In this document: in pieces, positions 15,875 to 24,159 of the stretch
Numbering within the stretch: position 1 is the stretch's first letter
Layout: every line of letters starts with the position of its first letter
Assembly (NCBI GenBank): GCA_043814315.1
Contig: JBDRKE010000010.1
Span: 66,896-130,895 of the forward strand
Direction: 5' to 3'
DNA from: Candidatus Omnitrophota bacterium
GTDB lineage: Bacteria; Omnitrophota; Gorgyraeia; Gygaellales; Profunditerraquicolaceae
Length of the DNA: 64,000 nt
Notes under the pieces: model-generated
What the model was told of the DNA's origin: nothing
Seen by the model: the letters and a program-made list of their open reading frames with translations, nothing else
Databases searched by the model: none
Translations under genes and position numbers: made by a program

Positions 15875-18520
15875 ATGGGTAAATCACAAATCCCAATTTC
15901 CAAATCCCAAACAAATCCAAAATTCAATGCTTCGACTGCGCTTGCCATTGACACCGAGGCGGCCCTTCGTTTCGTTTCACTCGCTGTGGGTCGTCCCGAG
16001 CGAAGTCGAGGGACGAAGCCGAGGTGCCAAATCCAAAAAATTCAAATTGGCAGATTACTTGTTGTTTTTTTTGTGCTTGTATTTGCTTCGAACTACGAAC
16101 TTCGAACTCCGTACTTTGCTTATGCCCAGGATCCCAAAGAGGAAGAGGCACTCTTCGTTGCAAAGAAAGCCTTTGATGATGGTTTCTATGATGTCAGTCA
16201 GAACTTATTAGAGCGATTCCTCATTCAATACCCGCGTTCTTCAAAGACAGCGGAAATTCATCTATTGATGGGGCGTTCTTTTTTTTACCAAAATAGATTC
16301 TTGGATGCGCTTTCCAAATTTGAAGAACTTTTGGGCCAGCCCCAGGCTAAAAACCTTAAAGATGCCCTTTTTTACTGGATAGCCGAAGTCCACTTCAAGG
16401 GCAATAGTTTCAATAAGGCGGCCAGTTTTTACAAAAAGATTATTGATGAATTCCCGTCTTCTTCCTATTTAGGCGCTTCCTATTATTCATTGGCGTGGTG
16501 TTACTTCCAGGAAAGAAAATTTGAAGAGGCCCTCGCTTATTTCAAGATCATCGAAGAAAGGTACCTTCAAGAATCCTCTTTTCAAGATGCACCTTTAAAG
16601 ATCATCGAGTGCCTTTACAATTTAAAAGATTATGAGGGACTCAAAAAAAAGGTGAGGTCTTACTTGAATCTTTATCCCAAGAGCGCAGAGCAATCGCCTT
16701 ACCCCTATTTTTATTTGGCTGAAGCTGATTATTACCTCGGTAATTTTCAAGAAGCGATCGAAGAATATTCTTCGATTCTTAAGAGCAGCCTTGATCCCAA
16801 GGCGCAGGCGCTCTCGAAGATGGGTATGGCATGGTCTTATCTTAAATTGAAAAAATACAAAGAGGCAGAAAGCGCATTTTTGGATATCAAAGAAGGACAC
16901 CTTGAGAAAAGAAGCCAGGAGATCTTGCGGCTGGGTGAGGCTATCCTCATGGTTGAGACGAACCGCGTCAACGAAGCCAAAGGCATTTATGAGCAACTGC
17001 TGAGCCGTTCGGACGATCCCCTTGTTTTAATTCAGGCCTATCTGGGGAAAGCAGACGCCCTTTATAACCTTGCAGAATATCATGAGGCGATCAGCGTATA
17101 TAAAGAGGCCTTGAGTAAGTTTAGCCCCGGGACCGTTCCTCAGGAGATCATGGATAAAATACACTATAGCCTTAGCTGGACCTATTTAAAGCAGGGGGAA
17201 TTCAAGGAGGCCATCAAAGAGTTTCAGAGAATCGTCAAAGAAACAGACGATAAAATCGTTAAAGTCAGCGCGCTTTGTCAAATAGGTGATGCGTATCAGG
17301 ATTCCGGAGATTATACCGAAGCCCAGGAAGCCTATTCCGTCATATTAAAGGATTACCCCGATAATTTCTATAGCGATTATGTGCAATACCAGTTAGGCCT
17401 GACGCTGCTTAAAGCCTCTAACTATGAAGGGGCTATTATGAGCTTTCAGGCCCTCAAAAGAAATTTTCCCCAATCCAAACTTTTAGACGACGCCACGTAC
17501 GCGCTTGGGTTAGCCTATTTCCAAAGACAGGATTATAATTCCAGCCGTGTCCTCTTTGAAAGTTTTGAGCAGGAATTCAAGGATAGTCCACTTAAGCCCC
17601 AGGCCCTTTATCTTCTTGGCACCTGTTTCTATAACCTGCGTGAATTTGCCAAGGCGATTGAGGTGTTTAAGAATGTCATCAGATTGTATAGCCAGGATAC
17701 CGATTTGGTCCAGAAGGCAGAATATGAAATAGCCGATTGTTATGACCAGATGGGAGACGAAAAAGAGGCGGTGAACCGATTCAATATCTTGCGTTCCAAA
17801 TATCCTGATTCGAGCCTGACCCCCGAAGTCATGTGGTGGCTGGGAGAATACTATTACAAACATAACGAATTGGAGTTGGCGCGCCGGTACTTTTCGACCC
17901 TCATCAGAGACTTTCCCAAAAGCCCGCTGGTCGCGGATTCCTATTATGCCGTAGGGACAAGTTTTGAAGAGGAATCCAGGCATGAGGAGGCAATAGAGAA
18001 TTTTCGGAAAGTCATGGATTTGGGCAAAACCGACCTTAATGGCCAGGCTGCTATCGCTATCGCAGACATATACGTCAAACAGGAAAACCTGGAATCAGCC
18101 ATCAAGGCTTATCAGGAGATTAGCAGAGAATATCCGAATCTGACCCATTTGATTTATCCCAAGATGGCCCAGCTTTACTACAAAACTGCAGATTTCAGTC
18201 AAGCTTTAAATTTTTATCGCAAGAGCCTTGATGTGGTATCGGTAAGAGAAATGGGGAATATCCATTTTAAAATAGCCGAAGTGTTGCAAGCACAGGGAAC
18301 TCTGGATGAGGCTATAGAGGAATACCTGAAAGTCGCCTACCTTTATCCAGAGAATGACTTGCTCGCCATTAAGGCCCTTTTAAGAGTAGCTCAGATCTAT
18401 GAAGATAAAGAGAATTTTAAAGAGGCCGCGCGTATCTATGAAAAAATAGTTTCAATAGACGCTGAAGAAGCCAAGTATGCACAAGAGAGGATAGACTGGA
18501 TAAAGGTACACGTAAAATAA
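15875..18520 (+). CDS. large TPR-repeat protein (probably exported); N-terminus uncertain
   Basis: About 800 aa of tandem TPR-like repeats (the YbgF/CpoB-style pattern A..Y..A....g.y.eA). The first ~70 codons of the ORF read through an intergenic repeat element. No canonical start lies just before the hydrophobic LLVVFFVLVFAS segment. Confidence 0.7.
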   Translation: MGKSQIPISKSQTNPKFNASTALAIDTEAALRFVSLAVGRPERSRGTKPRCQIQKIQIGRLLVVFFVLVFASNYELRTPYFAYAQDPKEEEALFVAKKAFDDGFYDVSQNLLERFLIQYPRSSKTAEIHLLMGRSFFYQNRFLDALSKFEELLGQPQAKNLKDALFYWIAEVHFKGNSFNKAASFYKKIIDEFPSSSYLGASYYSLAWCYFQERKFEEALAYFKIIEERYLQESSFQDAPLKIIECLYNLKDYEGLKKKVRSYLNLYPKSAEQSPYPYFYLAEADYYLGNFQEAIEEYSSILKSSLDPKAQALSKMGMAWSYLKLKKYKEAESAFLDIKEGHLEKRSQEILRLGEAILMVETNRVNEAKGIYEQLLSRSDDPLVLIQAYLGKADALYNLAEYHEAISVYKEALSKFSPGTVPQEIMDKIHYSLSWTYLKQGEFKEAIKEFQRIVKETDDKIVKVSALCQIGDAYQDSGDYTEAQEAYSVILKDYPDNFYSDYVQYQLGLTLLKASNYEGAIMSFQALKRNFPQSKLLDDATYALGLAYFQRQDYNSSRVLFESFEQEFKDSPLKPQALYLLGTCFYNLREFAKAIEVFKNVIRLYSQDTDLVQKAEYEIADCYDQMGDEKEAVNRFNILRSKYPDSSLTPEVMWWLGEYYYKHNELELARRYFSTLIRDFPKSPLVADSYYAVGTSFEEESRHEEAIENFRKVMDLGKTDLNGQAAIAIADIYVKQENLESAIKAYQEISREYPNLTHLIYPKMAQLYYKTADFSQALNFYRKSLDVVSVREMGNIHFKIAEVLQAQGTLDEAIEEYLKVAYLYPENDLLAIKALLRVAQIYEDKENFKEAARIYEKIVSIDAEEAKYAQERIDWIKVHVK
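15881..16050. repeat. modular repeat element (aaatcccaaa arm, gagcgaagtcgagggacgaag core)
   Basis: A/C-rich arm at 15881..15927, a GC-rich core with cgaag-periodic inverted segments at 15960..16024, and a second short A/C arm at 16027..16050. Confidence 0.75.
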
Positions 18521-18536
18521 CATATAAGACAACATG

Positions 18537-18731
18537 ATAAATCCCAGATCCAAAATAAATCCCTGCCTGTGGCAGACAGGCAAAATCCCAAATCCAAAAC
18601 TATTTGGGATTTTGAAATTGGCACTTCGGGTTCGCCTCAGTGCCAATGGTGAGCGAAGTCCTGAGCTTGTCGAAGGACGAAGTCGAACCGTGGGATTTGT
18701 TTGGTAGTATTGGTATTATTTGGATTTTGTC
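18537..18731. repeat. modular hairpin element (aaatcccaaa / tttgggattt arms with two GC-rich cores)
   Basis: Left arm ataaatcccagatccaaaataaatcc, a gcctgtggcagacaggc hairpin, aaaatcccaaatccaaaac/tatttgggattttg, the core ggtgagcgaagtcctgagcttgtcgaaggacgaagtcgaac, then gggatttgtttggtagtattggtatt. Confidence 0.8.
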
Positions 18732-18753
18732 TGATTAACAGAGGAGGATAAGG

Positions 18754-19386
18754 ATGGATCTTTACAGGATGAATTTTTTTCAGGTTTTTTTAGCAGGCGG
18801 CCCGGTGATGTGGCCGATACTCTTGTGTTCTATTTTTGCGCTGGCCATAGTGCTGGAGAAGATCTGGTACTTGTATAAAATAAAAATAGACACCCAGGAT
18901 TTCTTGAACAAGATTCTGGATAAGATGAAACGCCATGACACTAAAGAGGCTTTACGCATTTGCGACGGCACAAAGAGCCCCATAGCTAATATTTTGAAGG
19001 CGGGAATTCTTAAATACGACCGGCCGCGCCCTCAGATTATAGAGGGGATCGAAGATGCTTCTTTGTATGAGATACCCCGCATAGAAAAGAATCTTACGAC
19101 GCTGGCAACCATTGCGCATGTTTCTCCGCTCTTAGGACTCTTGGGAACGGTTACGGGAATGGTGAGGTCTTTCCAAATCATCCAGGCGAAAGCCAGCAGT
19201 TTTCATCCTGTTTCTCCGGGAGATTTGGCCGGCGGGATTTGGGAGGCGTTATTAACGACAGTAGCCGGTTTGATTGTGGCCATACCTACTTTTGTAGCCT
19301 ATAATTACCTGGTTAGCCGCATCAATCATTTTATTCTGGAGATGGAAAAAGCCTCAACCGAATTGGTAAATTTTCTTACTGAATAA
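18754..19386 (+). CDS. MotA/TolQ/ExbB family proton channel
   Basis: 210 aa with three TM segments. C-terminal region GDLAGGIWEALLTTVAGLIVAIPTFVAYNYL is typical of TolQ/ExbB. Confidence 0.85.
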   Translation: MDLYRMNFFQVFLAGGPVMWPILLCSIFALAIVLEKIWYLYKIKIDTQDFLNKILDKMKRHDTKEALRICDGTKSPIANILKAGILKYDRPRPQIIEGIEDASLYEIPRIEKNLTTLATIAHVSPLLGLLGTVTGMVRSFQIIQAKASSFHPVSPGDLAGGIWEALLTTVAGLIVAIPTFVAYNYLVSRINHFILEMEKASTELVNFLTE

Positions 19387-19411
19387 AAAAGTTACAGTGG
19401 AGAGCATCGTG

Positions 19412-19440
19412 CTGTTAACTGTTAACTGCAAACTGAGAAC
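19412..19440 (+). repeat. short heptamer-periodic tract (ctgttaa ctgttaa ctgcaaa ctgagaa)
   Basis: Read directly in the tolQ-tolR spacer. It is a single arm with no complementary partner nearby. Confidence 0.6.
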
Positions 19441-19464
19441 TCTTGCGGCTGAAAGGAGCAAGTG

Positions 19465-19866
19465 ATGCGCTTTAAAGGACGAATGGAATTAGAGCACGGG
19501 CTCAAACAAATTGATATCGCGCCTTTGATAGATATCATTTTTCAGCTGTTGATATTTTTTATGCTGACATCAAGCTTTATCATACAGCCGGGCATAAGAA
19601 TTAATTTACCCAAGGCTGTAACTAGTGAAGTCGTCAAAATTGAGAATGTCGAAATCATAATTACCGGCGAGAACATTATTTATTTAAACGGTAAGGTTAT
19701 CACGAGCGCTGAGCTCAAGGGGTTTCTTAAACAGGCCGCTAAAAGGGATCAGGCTATTTTGATTAAATCCGACAGGCGCGCCTCTTTAGGCAGAGTCGTG
19801 GAGATCTGGGATATGGCGCGGGATTTAGGGGTCAGCCAGATCAATATCGCCACAAACCAGGAGTAG
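19465..19866 (+). CDS. ExbD/TolR family protein
   Basis: The sequence IDIAPLIDIIFQLLIFFMLT sits in the single N-terminal TM segment. About 133 aa, located directly after the TolQ-like gene, with the SD aaaggag upstream. Confidence 0.8.
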   Translation: MRFKGRMELEHGLKQIDIAPLIDIIFQLLIFFMLTSSFIIQPGIRINLPKAVTSEVVKIENVEIIITGENIIYLNGKVITSAELKGFLKQAAKRDQAILIKSDRRASLGRVVEIWDMARDLGVSQINIATNQE

Positions 19867-19871
19867 ATTTT

Positions 19872-20516
19872 TTGATTTTTAAGGAATTCATATTCATATC
19901 TTTACTAAGTCATATCACCCTGTTTAGCCTTTTTAGCCTATCGTTTGGCAACAAAATCCCGGTGGCAGATTATACGGCTGTTTCTTTTTTAGGGCAGCTG
20001 CTGTTTTCTTCGCAGGTAGAGCCTGGCACCCTGACCTTAAATGGCGAAGAGCAGGATTCCGGTAGTTTAAAAACCATCTTCAAAAGAAATTCAGGCAAGA
20101 TATTATTGAAAGAAAACAGCAAGGGCATTCCTTATGGTTTCGATTATTATTTTAAACCCGCACTGGAGCCTGGCATGACAGCCCCGGGAAAGGCATCCAT
20201 GTTCTTAGAGACGGTTTTTACGCCCCCGCCTTTAGTCCGCAAAGATCAGACAGTCATATTCCATCCCATACTGCCTTACAGTTTTCCACTCTATTTCCGA
20301 GATAGGCAGGTGGCCCACGTTGAACTCATTTTCAAGATAGCGCCGGCCGGCCCGAGGGATTTAGTACTTATAAAAAGAAAGATTTCCTCGGGTAATCTGG
20401 AGGTTGATCTTTTGAGTATGCGTTATATCGGACGCTACCTTTTTATCCAGCAGAAAGGCTTTGTTCCCACCGACTGGCAGACCGTCAAGATTGACCTTTC
20501 GGCGAGGCAGGAGTGA
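19872..20516 (+). CDS. membrane-anchored protein with a TonB/TolA-like C-terminal region
   Basis: N-terminal TM segment. The C-terminal KRKISSGNLEVDLLSMRYI resembles the TonB_C SSG..LD motif. Its position after ExbB/ExbD-like genes supports the call. Confidence 0.4.
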   Translation: MIFKEFIFISLLSHITLFSLFSLSFGNKIPVADYTAVSFLGQLLFSSQVEPGTLTLNGEEQDSGSLKTIFKRNSGKILLKENSKGIPYGFDYYFKPALEPGMTAPGKASMFLETVFTPPPLVRKDQTVIFHPILPYSFPLYFRDRQVAHVELIFKIAPAGPRDLVLIKRKISSGNLEVDLLSMRYIGRYLFIQQKGFVPTDWQTVKIDLSARQE

Positions 20517-20517
20517 G

Positions 20518-20739
20518 ATGATCAGCATAGATTTTTCTCTGGCCATCGCTTTATTTAATTTTGTCTTTTTGGCTTTGCTGTTAGCGTTCTGGATATTTAG
20601 TAAAAAGCAAAAGGATAAAGATTTAAGCCTTAATCCCAAATTTATCTGGTTCTGCTCTATCTGCACCTACACCTATGTCAATACGAAAGAGGATGTTATT
20701 TCAACATGCCCACGATGCGGGAATTATAATAAGAGGTAA
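20518..20739 (+). CDS. small membrane-anchored zinc-ribbon protein
   Basis: MISIDFSLAIALFNFVFLALLLAFWIF (TM segment) followed by CSIC...CPRCG. The ATG at 20518 lies 1 nt after the upstream stop. Confidence 0.5.
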   Translation: MISIDFSLAIALFNFVFLALLLAFWIFSKKQKDKDLSLNPKFIWFCSICTYTYVNTKEDVISTCPRCGNYNKR

Positions 20740-20831
20740 GTGAGGGGTCGTAATACCGAGGATTTTATCTCAAGTGTATTTTCAAAAAGTGGAGGGGGAT
20801 TAATTCGCAGACGGCTTATTAAAAAAACTAA

Positions 20832-20859
20832 TTGACCCTTATCTTTTTGTTGCTATAAT
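20832..20859 (+). promoter_or_regulatory. sigma70-like promoter candidate
   Basis: TTGACC (20832..20837), a 16-nt spacer, then TATAAT (20854..20859), about 65 nt upstream of the 20926 start. Confidence 0.5.
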
Positions 20860-20925
20860 ATTTTCAACAAACAAAGGTAAAAAAGGGAAACGTCAGTATC
20901 TTACAATCGCATGGAGGGATAAAAG

Positions 20926-21132
20926 ATGATTACAGAAATCGGGATCGTAGCCGGCGATATATGGCATTTTTTGGATCAGCACGGAGAAGTCAGCATATCG
21001 TTTCTTGTGCAAGGGTTAGATAAGCCGCGCGATAATGTGCTTATGAGTTTAGGGTGGCTCGCCAGAGAAGGGCATGTGATTGTCCAGCAGGTTGAGGGAG
21101 AATACAAAATAAGTTTAAGAAAAGATGACTGA
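20926..21132 (+). CDS. small winged-helix protein (DUF2582-like)
   Basis: 68 aa. The pattern GDIWHFLDQHGEVSISFLVQGL...LMSLGWLAREGHV fits the ~70-aa winged-helix family. Confidence 0.55.
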   Translation: MITEIGIVAGDIWHFLDQHGEVSISFLVQGLDKPRDNVLMSLGWLAREGHVIVQQVEGEYKISLRKDD

Positions 21133-21541
21133 TAAGCCAATGCAAAAAAAGGGCGTATTGCTGCTTATCGTGATTACAACTATAGTGATAGCTGTTATTT
21201 TGAGTAATGTTATCTTAAATATAATGCTTAGTCAAGGCCGCCTGACCACCTATGAGCTCAACCGCATCCAGGCCAAATATGCGTGTATGGCAGGCATAAA
21301 CTGGGGTTACGAAAACCTAAGAAGCGGGAATTGGGCAAAGCCTGCAGCCGGGGCTTGCGATAGAAGGCCTCTTACGGATGCTGCTTTTCCTTCCTCTATC
21401 CGTAGTATTGATGTATATGTGGCATCTCCAGGTGCCGTTTGCCAAGATGCAGGTGGCACCCAGGTTACACAACCTTGCAGTCCTCCTGCCGGAGCCGAGG
21501 TTTGTATTAGTGTCATTTCAGACTATCTTTACACCCCCTAA
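21125..21541 (+). CDS. PilX/GspK-like minor pilin-like protein
   Basis: Basic N-terminus plus a long hydrophobic helix (KKGVLLLIVITTIVIAVILSNVILNIM), then AKYACMAGINWGYENL, comparable to the PilX_N A..LAEAG block of ORF 43606. It overlaps the winged-helix gene by 8 nt. Confidence 0.45.
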   Translation: MTDKPMQKKGVLLLIVITTIVIAVILSNVILNIMLSQGRLTTYELNRIQAKYACMAGINWGYENLRSGNWAKPAAGACDRRPLTDAAFPSSIRSIDVYVASPGAVCQDAGGTQVTQPCSPPAGAEVCISVISDYLYTP

Positions 21542-21565
21542 ATATTTCTTAAAATCCTCCCTTAA

Positions 21566-21598
21566 AAAACTATTATAATCTAAGTAAAACTATTATAA
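21566..21598 (+). promoter_or_regulatory. 13-nt direct repeat pair spaced 20 nt (candidate operator)
   Basis: aaaactattataa occurs at 21566..21578 and 21586..21598. The 8-bp inverted repeat atgtataa/ttatacat follows at 21615..21639. Confidence 0.3.
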
Positions 21599-21652
21599 AA
21601 TTATATCATGTAGTATGTATAATTTTATGGTTTATACATTCTCAGCCAGAAT

Positions 21653-21735
21653 CCTTCGGCAGGCTCAGGACACTTCGCCGAAGAATAACCATAGCAAACC
21701 TTAGGCTTTAGACCGAGGTACCCGTAGGTTGATTT
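21653..21735 (+). repeat. two dispersed-repeat modules in the cluster A leader region
   Basis: The hairpin core ccttcggcaggctcaggacacttcgccgaag (21653..21683) recurs at 36989..37020 inside mtaB. The segment ccttaggctttagaccgaggtacccgtaggttgattttt (21699..21735) recurs at 50899..50938 upstream of rplU. Confidence 0.8.
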
Positions 21736-21778
21736 TTCAAATATAAGTAAGTCTAAGTAAATTTATAGCAAAAAATAC

Positions 21779-21807
21779 TTGACAATACTAGAATCTTATG
21801 TTCTAAT
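21779..21807 (+). promoter_or_regulatory. sigma70-like promoter candidate for pilus cluster A
   Basis: TTGACA (21779..21784), a 17-nt spacer, then TCTAAT (21802..21807), about 70 nt upstream of the 21879 start. Confidence 0.5.
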
Positions 21808-21878
21808 TAAGTTCAATATAGTTTATCATGTTTTTTAATAATTTTGCTTTATCTAGTTAGAAACAGGAGTAAAGCCTG

Positions 21879-22079
21879 ATGACGAGATTGATCGATATTA
21901 ATGAATTAGCCGACTATTTACGATTAAAGAAACAGACCATTTATAATTGGCTGCATCAGTCAAAGATTTCTGGTATTAAGGTGGGTGGGGTGTGGAGGTT
22001 TGACCGTAAAGATGTGGATAGTTGGTTGAAAAGCAGAAGGCGATTGTCAAAAGACTTAAAATCCGGAGAAAAGCAATGA
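21879..22079 (+). CDS. excisionase/MerR-type helix-turn-helix DNA-binding protein
   Basis: 66 aa. LIDINELADYLRLKKQTIYNWLHQSKISGIKVGGVWRFDRKDVDSWL is the HTH_17 pattern. Its stop overlaps the next start (ATGA). Confidence 0.7.
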   Translation: MTRLIDINELADYLRLKKQTIYNWLHQSKISGIKVGGVWRFDRKDVDSWLKSRRRLSKDLKSGEKQ

Positions 22080-23644
22080 GTTCGTTAGGAATATATTTTG
22101 GCCCTAAGTTGATAAAGATTGTGGAATGCCAAGGCCACAATCTCAAAAATGTCACCCAGATTCATCAGTCGACAATCTCTGCGGGAGAATTGGAAGAAAA
22201 AGTCCCCGCTGAAGTTAAAACCATTGAATTCGTCGCTCTTTTTAAAGATGAGCTGCGAAGAAACAAAATTGAAGCCAAACAGGCCACGCTCTCTCTTTCC
22301 GGAAGGGATTTGATTATTCGGACCTTTGAGATACCCATGATTCCGCGCGAAGAAATAGAAAGCGCCGTAAATTTTGAAGCCAAAAAATACATCCCCTTTA
22401 AAGTCGAAGAACTGGTAACGGATTTTCAGCTAAAATTTGACAAGTCCAGCCGTACAAATCTGGTTCTTTTTATGGGGTTAAAAAAAGAGACTTTAGATAA
22501 ATATGTTTCTATTCTTAATCAGTTGAACATCAAGATTCATGCCATCGAATATTCGGCTTTTAGCATGATAAGATGTTTGAAGCTTAGCGGCTTAAGCGAT
22601 AGAGGAACTATAGGGATTTTGGGTGCTGACCTGACAGGGGAGGATGAGGTTAATTTTACGGTTTTGGAAGATGGTTTTCCGCTGTTTAGCCGGGATATTT
22701 CTTTGGCAGGAGGACCTGAAAGCTTAGGCAGGCTAAAAGAGACAGGGCCGTTGGAAGCTTTAGAAAAGCTTAAGACGGAGATCCATGTTTCTTTAGATTA
22801 CTACAACCGTAAATACCCCACCAAAAATATCAAGAAAATATTTCTTATTTCCGACCCTGATAATCGCCTGGAATTGGAAGCGTTTATTAAGGAAACGGGT
22901 TTATTGGTTCAATTTGTTAATACGTCTAAATACTCGAAGGAATCCCCGGCTTACTCTTTAAGTTTTTTAAAAGCCTACAGCAGTTCTTTATCTAAAACGA
23001 TAAGGCTGTTGCTGAAGGTCAATCTATTAGCAGCAAAAGAAAAGTTAAAATTAGCAAAAGAAAAAGCTGTTTTCAAGGAGAGGCTTTCCCTATTTGAGAA
23101 CTTAAGGCTGGATTATAGAGTCCTTTTTCTGGGCCTCTTGTTATGCGTGGGCGCTTACGGTTACGGCGTTTATCAAATGCAACCTTTACGTAAGGACCTT
23201 GTTGATATCCATTCCAGAAGATTGGCGGTTTCCAGCGTAAATGCAGGCGGCACTCAAGAAGAATTAACCGATGCCGCTGTCCAGGCTAAAAGGAGGCTTG
23301 GGTCCTTGGAAAACCTTATTAAGGGGCAAGTGTATCTTACGGAAATATTTAATATCCTGCCCCAGGATCTCCCCAGGGGCCTATGGTTCACTAATTTTTC
23401 TCTTGGCAAGAAAGAGGAAACGGGAACCGAGCTTATCCTGGGAGGCAGGGTGGATCTGGGGGATAGCGATGAAGAATTCAAGACCGTAAACGATTTTCTT
23501 TCGAACCTGGAAAGACGCACGGAATTCGTCAAATACTTTAAACAGGTCAGCCTCATCTCCTTAGAGAATGTACAATTAGCGAATGAGCTCTATCCGTATA
23601 CCCAGTTTGTCATTTCTTGTAAAAGTTATTCGACTGAGGAATAG
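22076..23644 (+). CDS. PilM-PilN fusion protein (type IV pilus assembly)
   Basis: The N-terminal ~330 aa are PilM-like (RTFEIPMIPREEIESAVNFEAKKYIPF). These are followed by VNLL, a TM segment (VLFLGLLLCVGAYGYGVY) and a PilN-like periplasmic domain. Confidence 0.75.
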   Translation: MSSLGIYFGPKLIKIVECQGHNLKNVTQIHQSTISAGELEEKVPAEVKTIEFVALFKDELRRNKIEAKQATLSLSGRDLIIRTFEIPMIPREEIESAVNFEAKKYIPFKVEELVTDFQLKFDKSSRTNLVLFMGLKKETLDKYVSILNQLNIKIHAIEYSAFSMIRCLKLSGLSDRGTIGILGADLTGEDEVNFTVLEDGFPLFSRDISLAGGPESLGRLKETGPLEALEKLKTEIHVSLDYYNRKYPTKNIKKIFLISDPDNRLELEAFIKETGLLVQFVNTSKYSKESPAYSLSFLKAYSSSLSKTIRLLLKVNLLAAKEKLKLAKEKAVFKERLSLFENLRLDYRVLFLGLLLCVGAYGYGVYQMQPLRKDLVDIHSRRLAVSSVNAGGTQEELTDAAVQAKRRLGSLENLIKGQVYLTEIFNILPQDLPRGLWFTNFSLGKKEETGTELILGGRVDLGDSDEEFKTVNDFLSNLERRTEFVKYFKQVSLISLENVQLANELYPYTQFVISCKSYSTEE

Positions 23645-23648
23645 CCCT

Positions 23649-24155
23649 ATGGATGCATTTGAATTCATGACCAAGCATAAAAATAGAATTTTCAATCTTT
23701 TATTTTTCGCCTTATCTCTTTTTATTGCCGGCAAGATTTATAATAAGCAACTCAGAGAGGTGGATCTATTAATCGAAAAGAAGAATTTGGAATCGAAAAG
23801 AAATGAAATATTGGAAAGCATCAGCAGCACCGAGAAAAAAATCGATGCCTATAAGAATCTCTTGGAGAGAAGAGACGTAAGCAATGTTATAAACACCATA
23901 AGCGATATTGCCAGCGCAACGGACGTTAGCATCACCTCCATGAGGCCTAACCATCAAGAAAAATATCCTGAATACGTTAAGATTCCTTATAAATTGGAAC
24001 TGGCGACTGAAAGTTATCATAACCTGGGCCGTTTTCTAAGCCGCCTGGAGAGCCATGAGGACGTTTTTATGGTGGATTCTATTGATATAAGGACACAGGA
24101 ACGCTCTGATGGATTAAAGGCCGCTTTAACCTTAAATTTAGTTGTATATAAATAA
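23649..24155 (+). CDS. PilO-like pilus assembly protein
   Basis: N-terminal TM segment, a coiled coil, then YVKIPYKLELATESYHNLGRFLSRLESHEDVFMVDSIDI, which is the PilO signature layout. Confidence 0.65.
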   Translation: MDAFEFMTKHKNRIFNLLFFALSLFIAGKIYNKQLREVDLLIEKKNLESKRNEILESISSTEKKIDAYKNLLERRDVSNVINTISDIASATDVSITSMRPNHQEKYPEYVKIPYKLELATESYHNLGRFLSRLESHEDVFMVDSIDIRTQERSDGLKAALTLNLVVYK

Positions 24156-24159
24156 CCTT

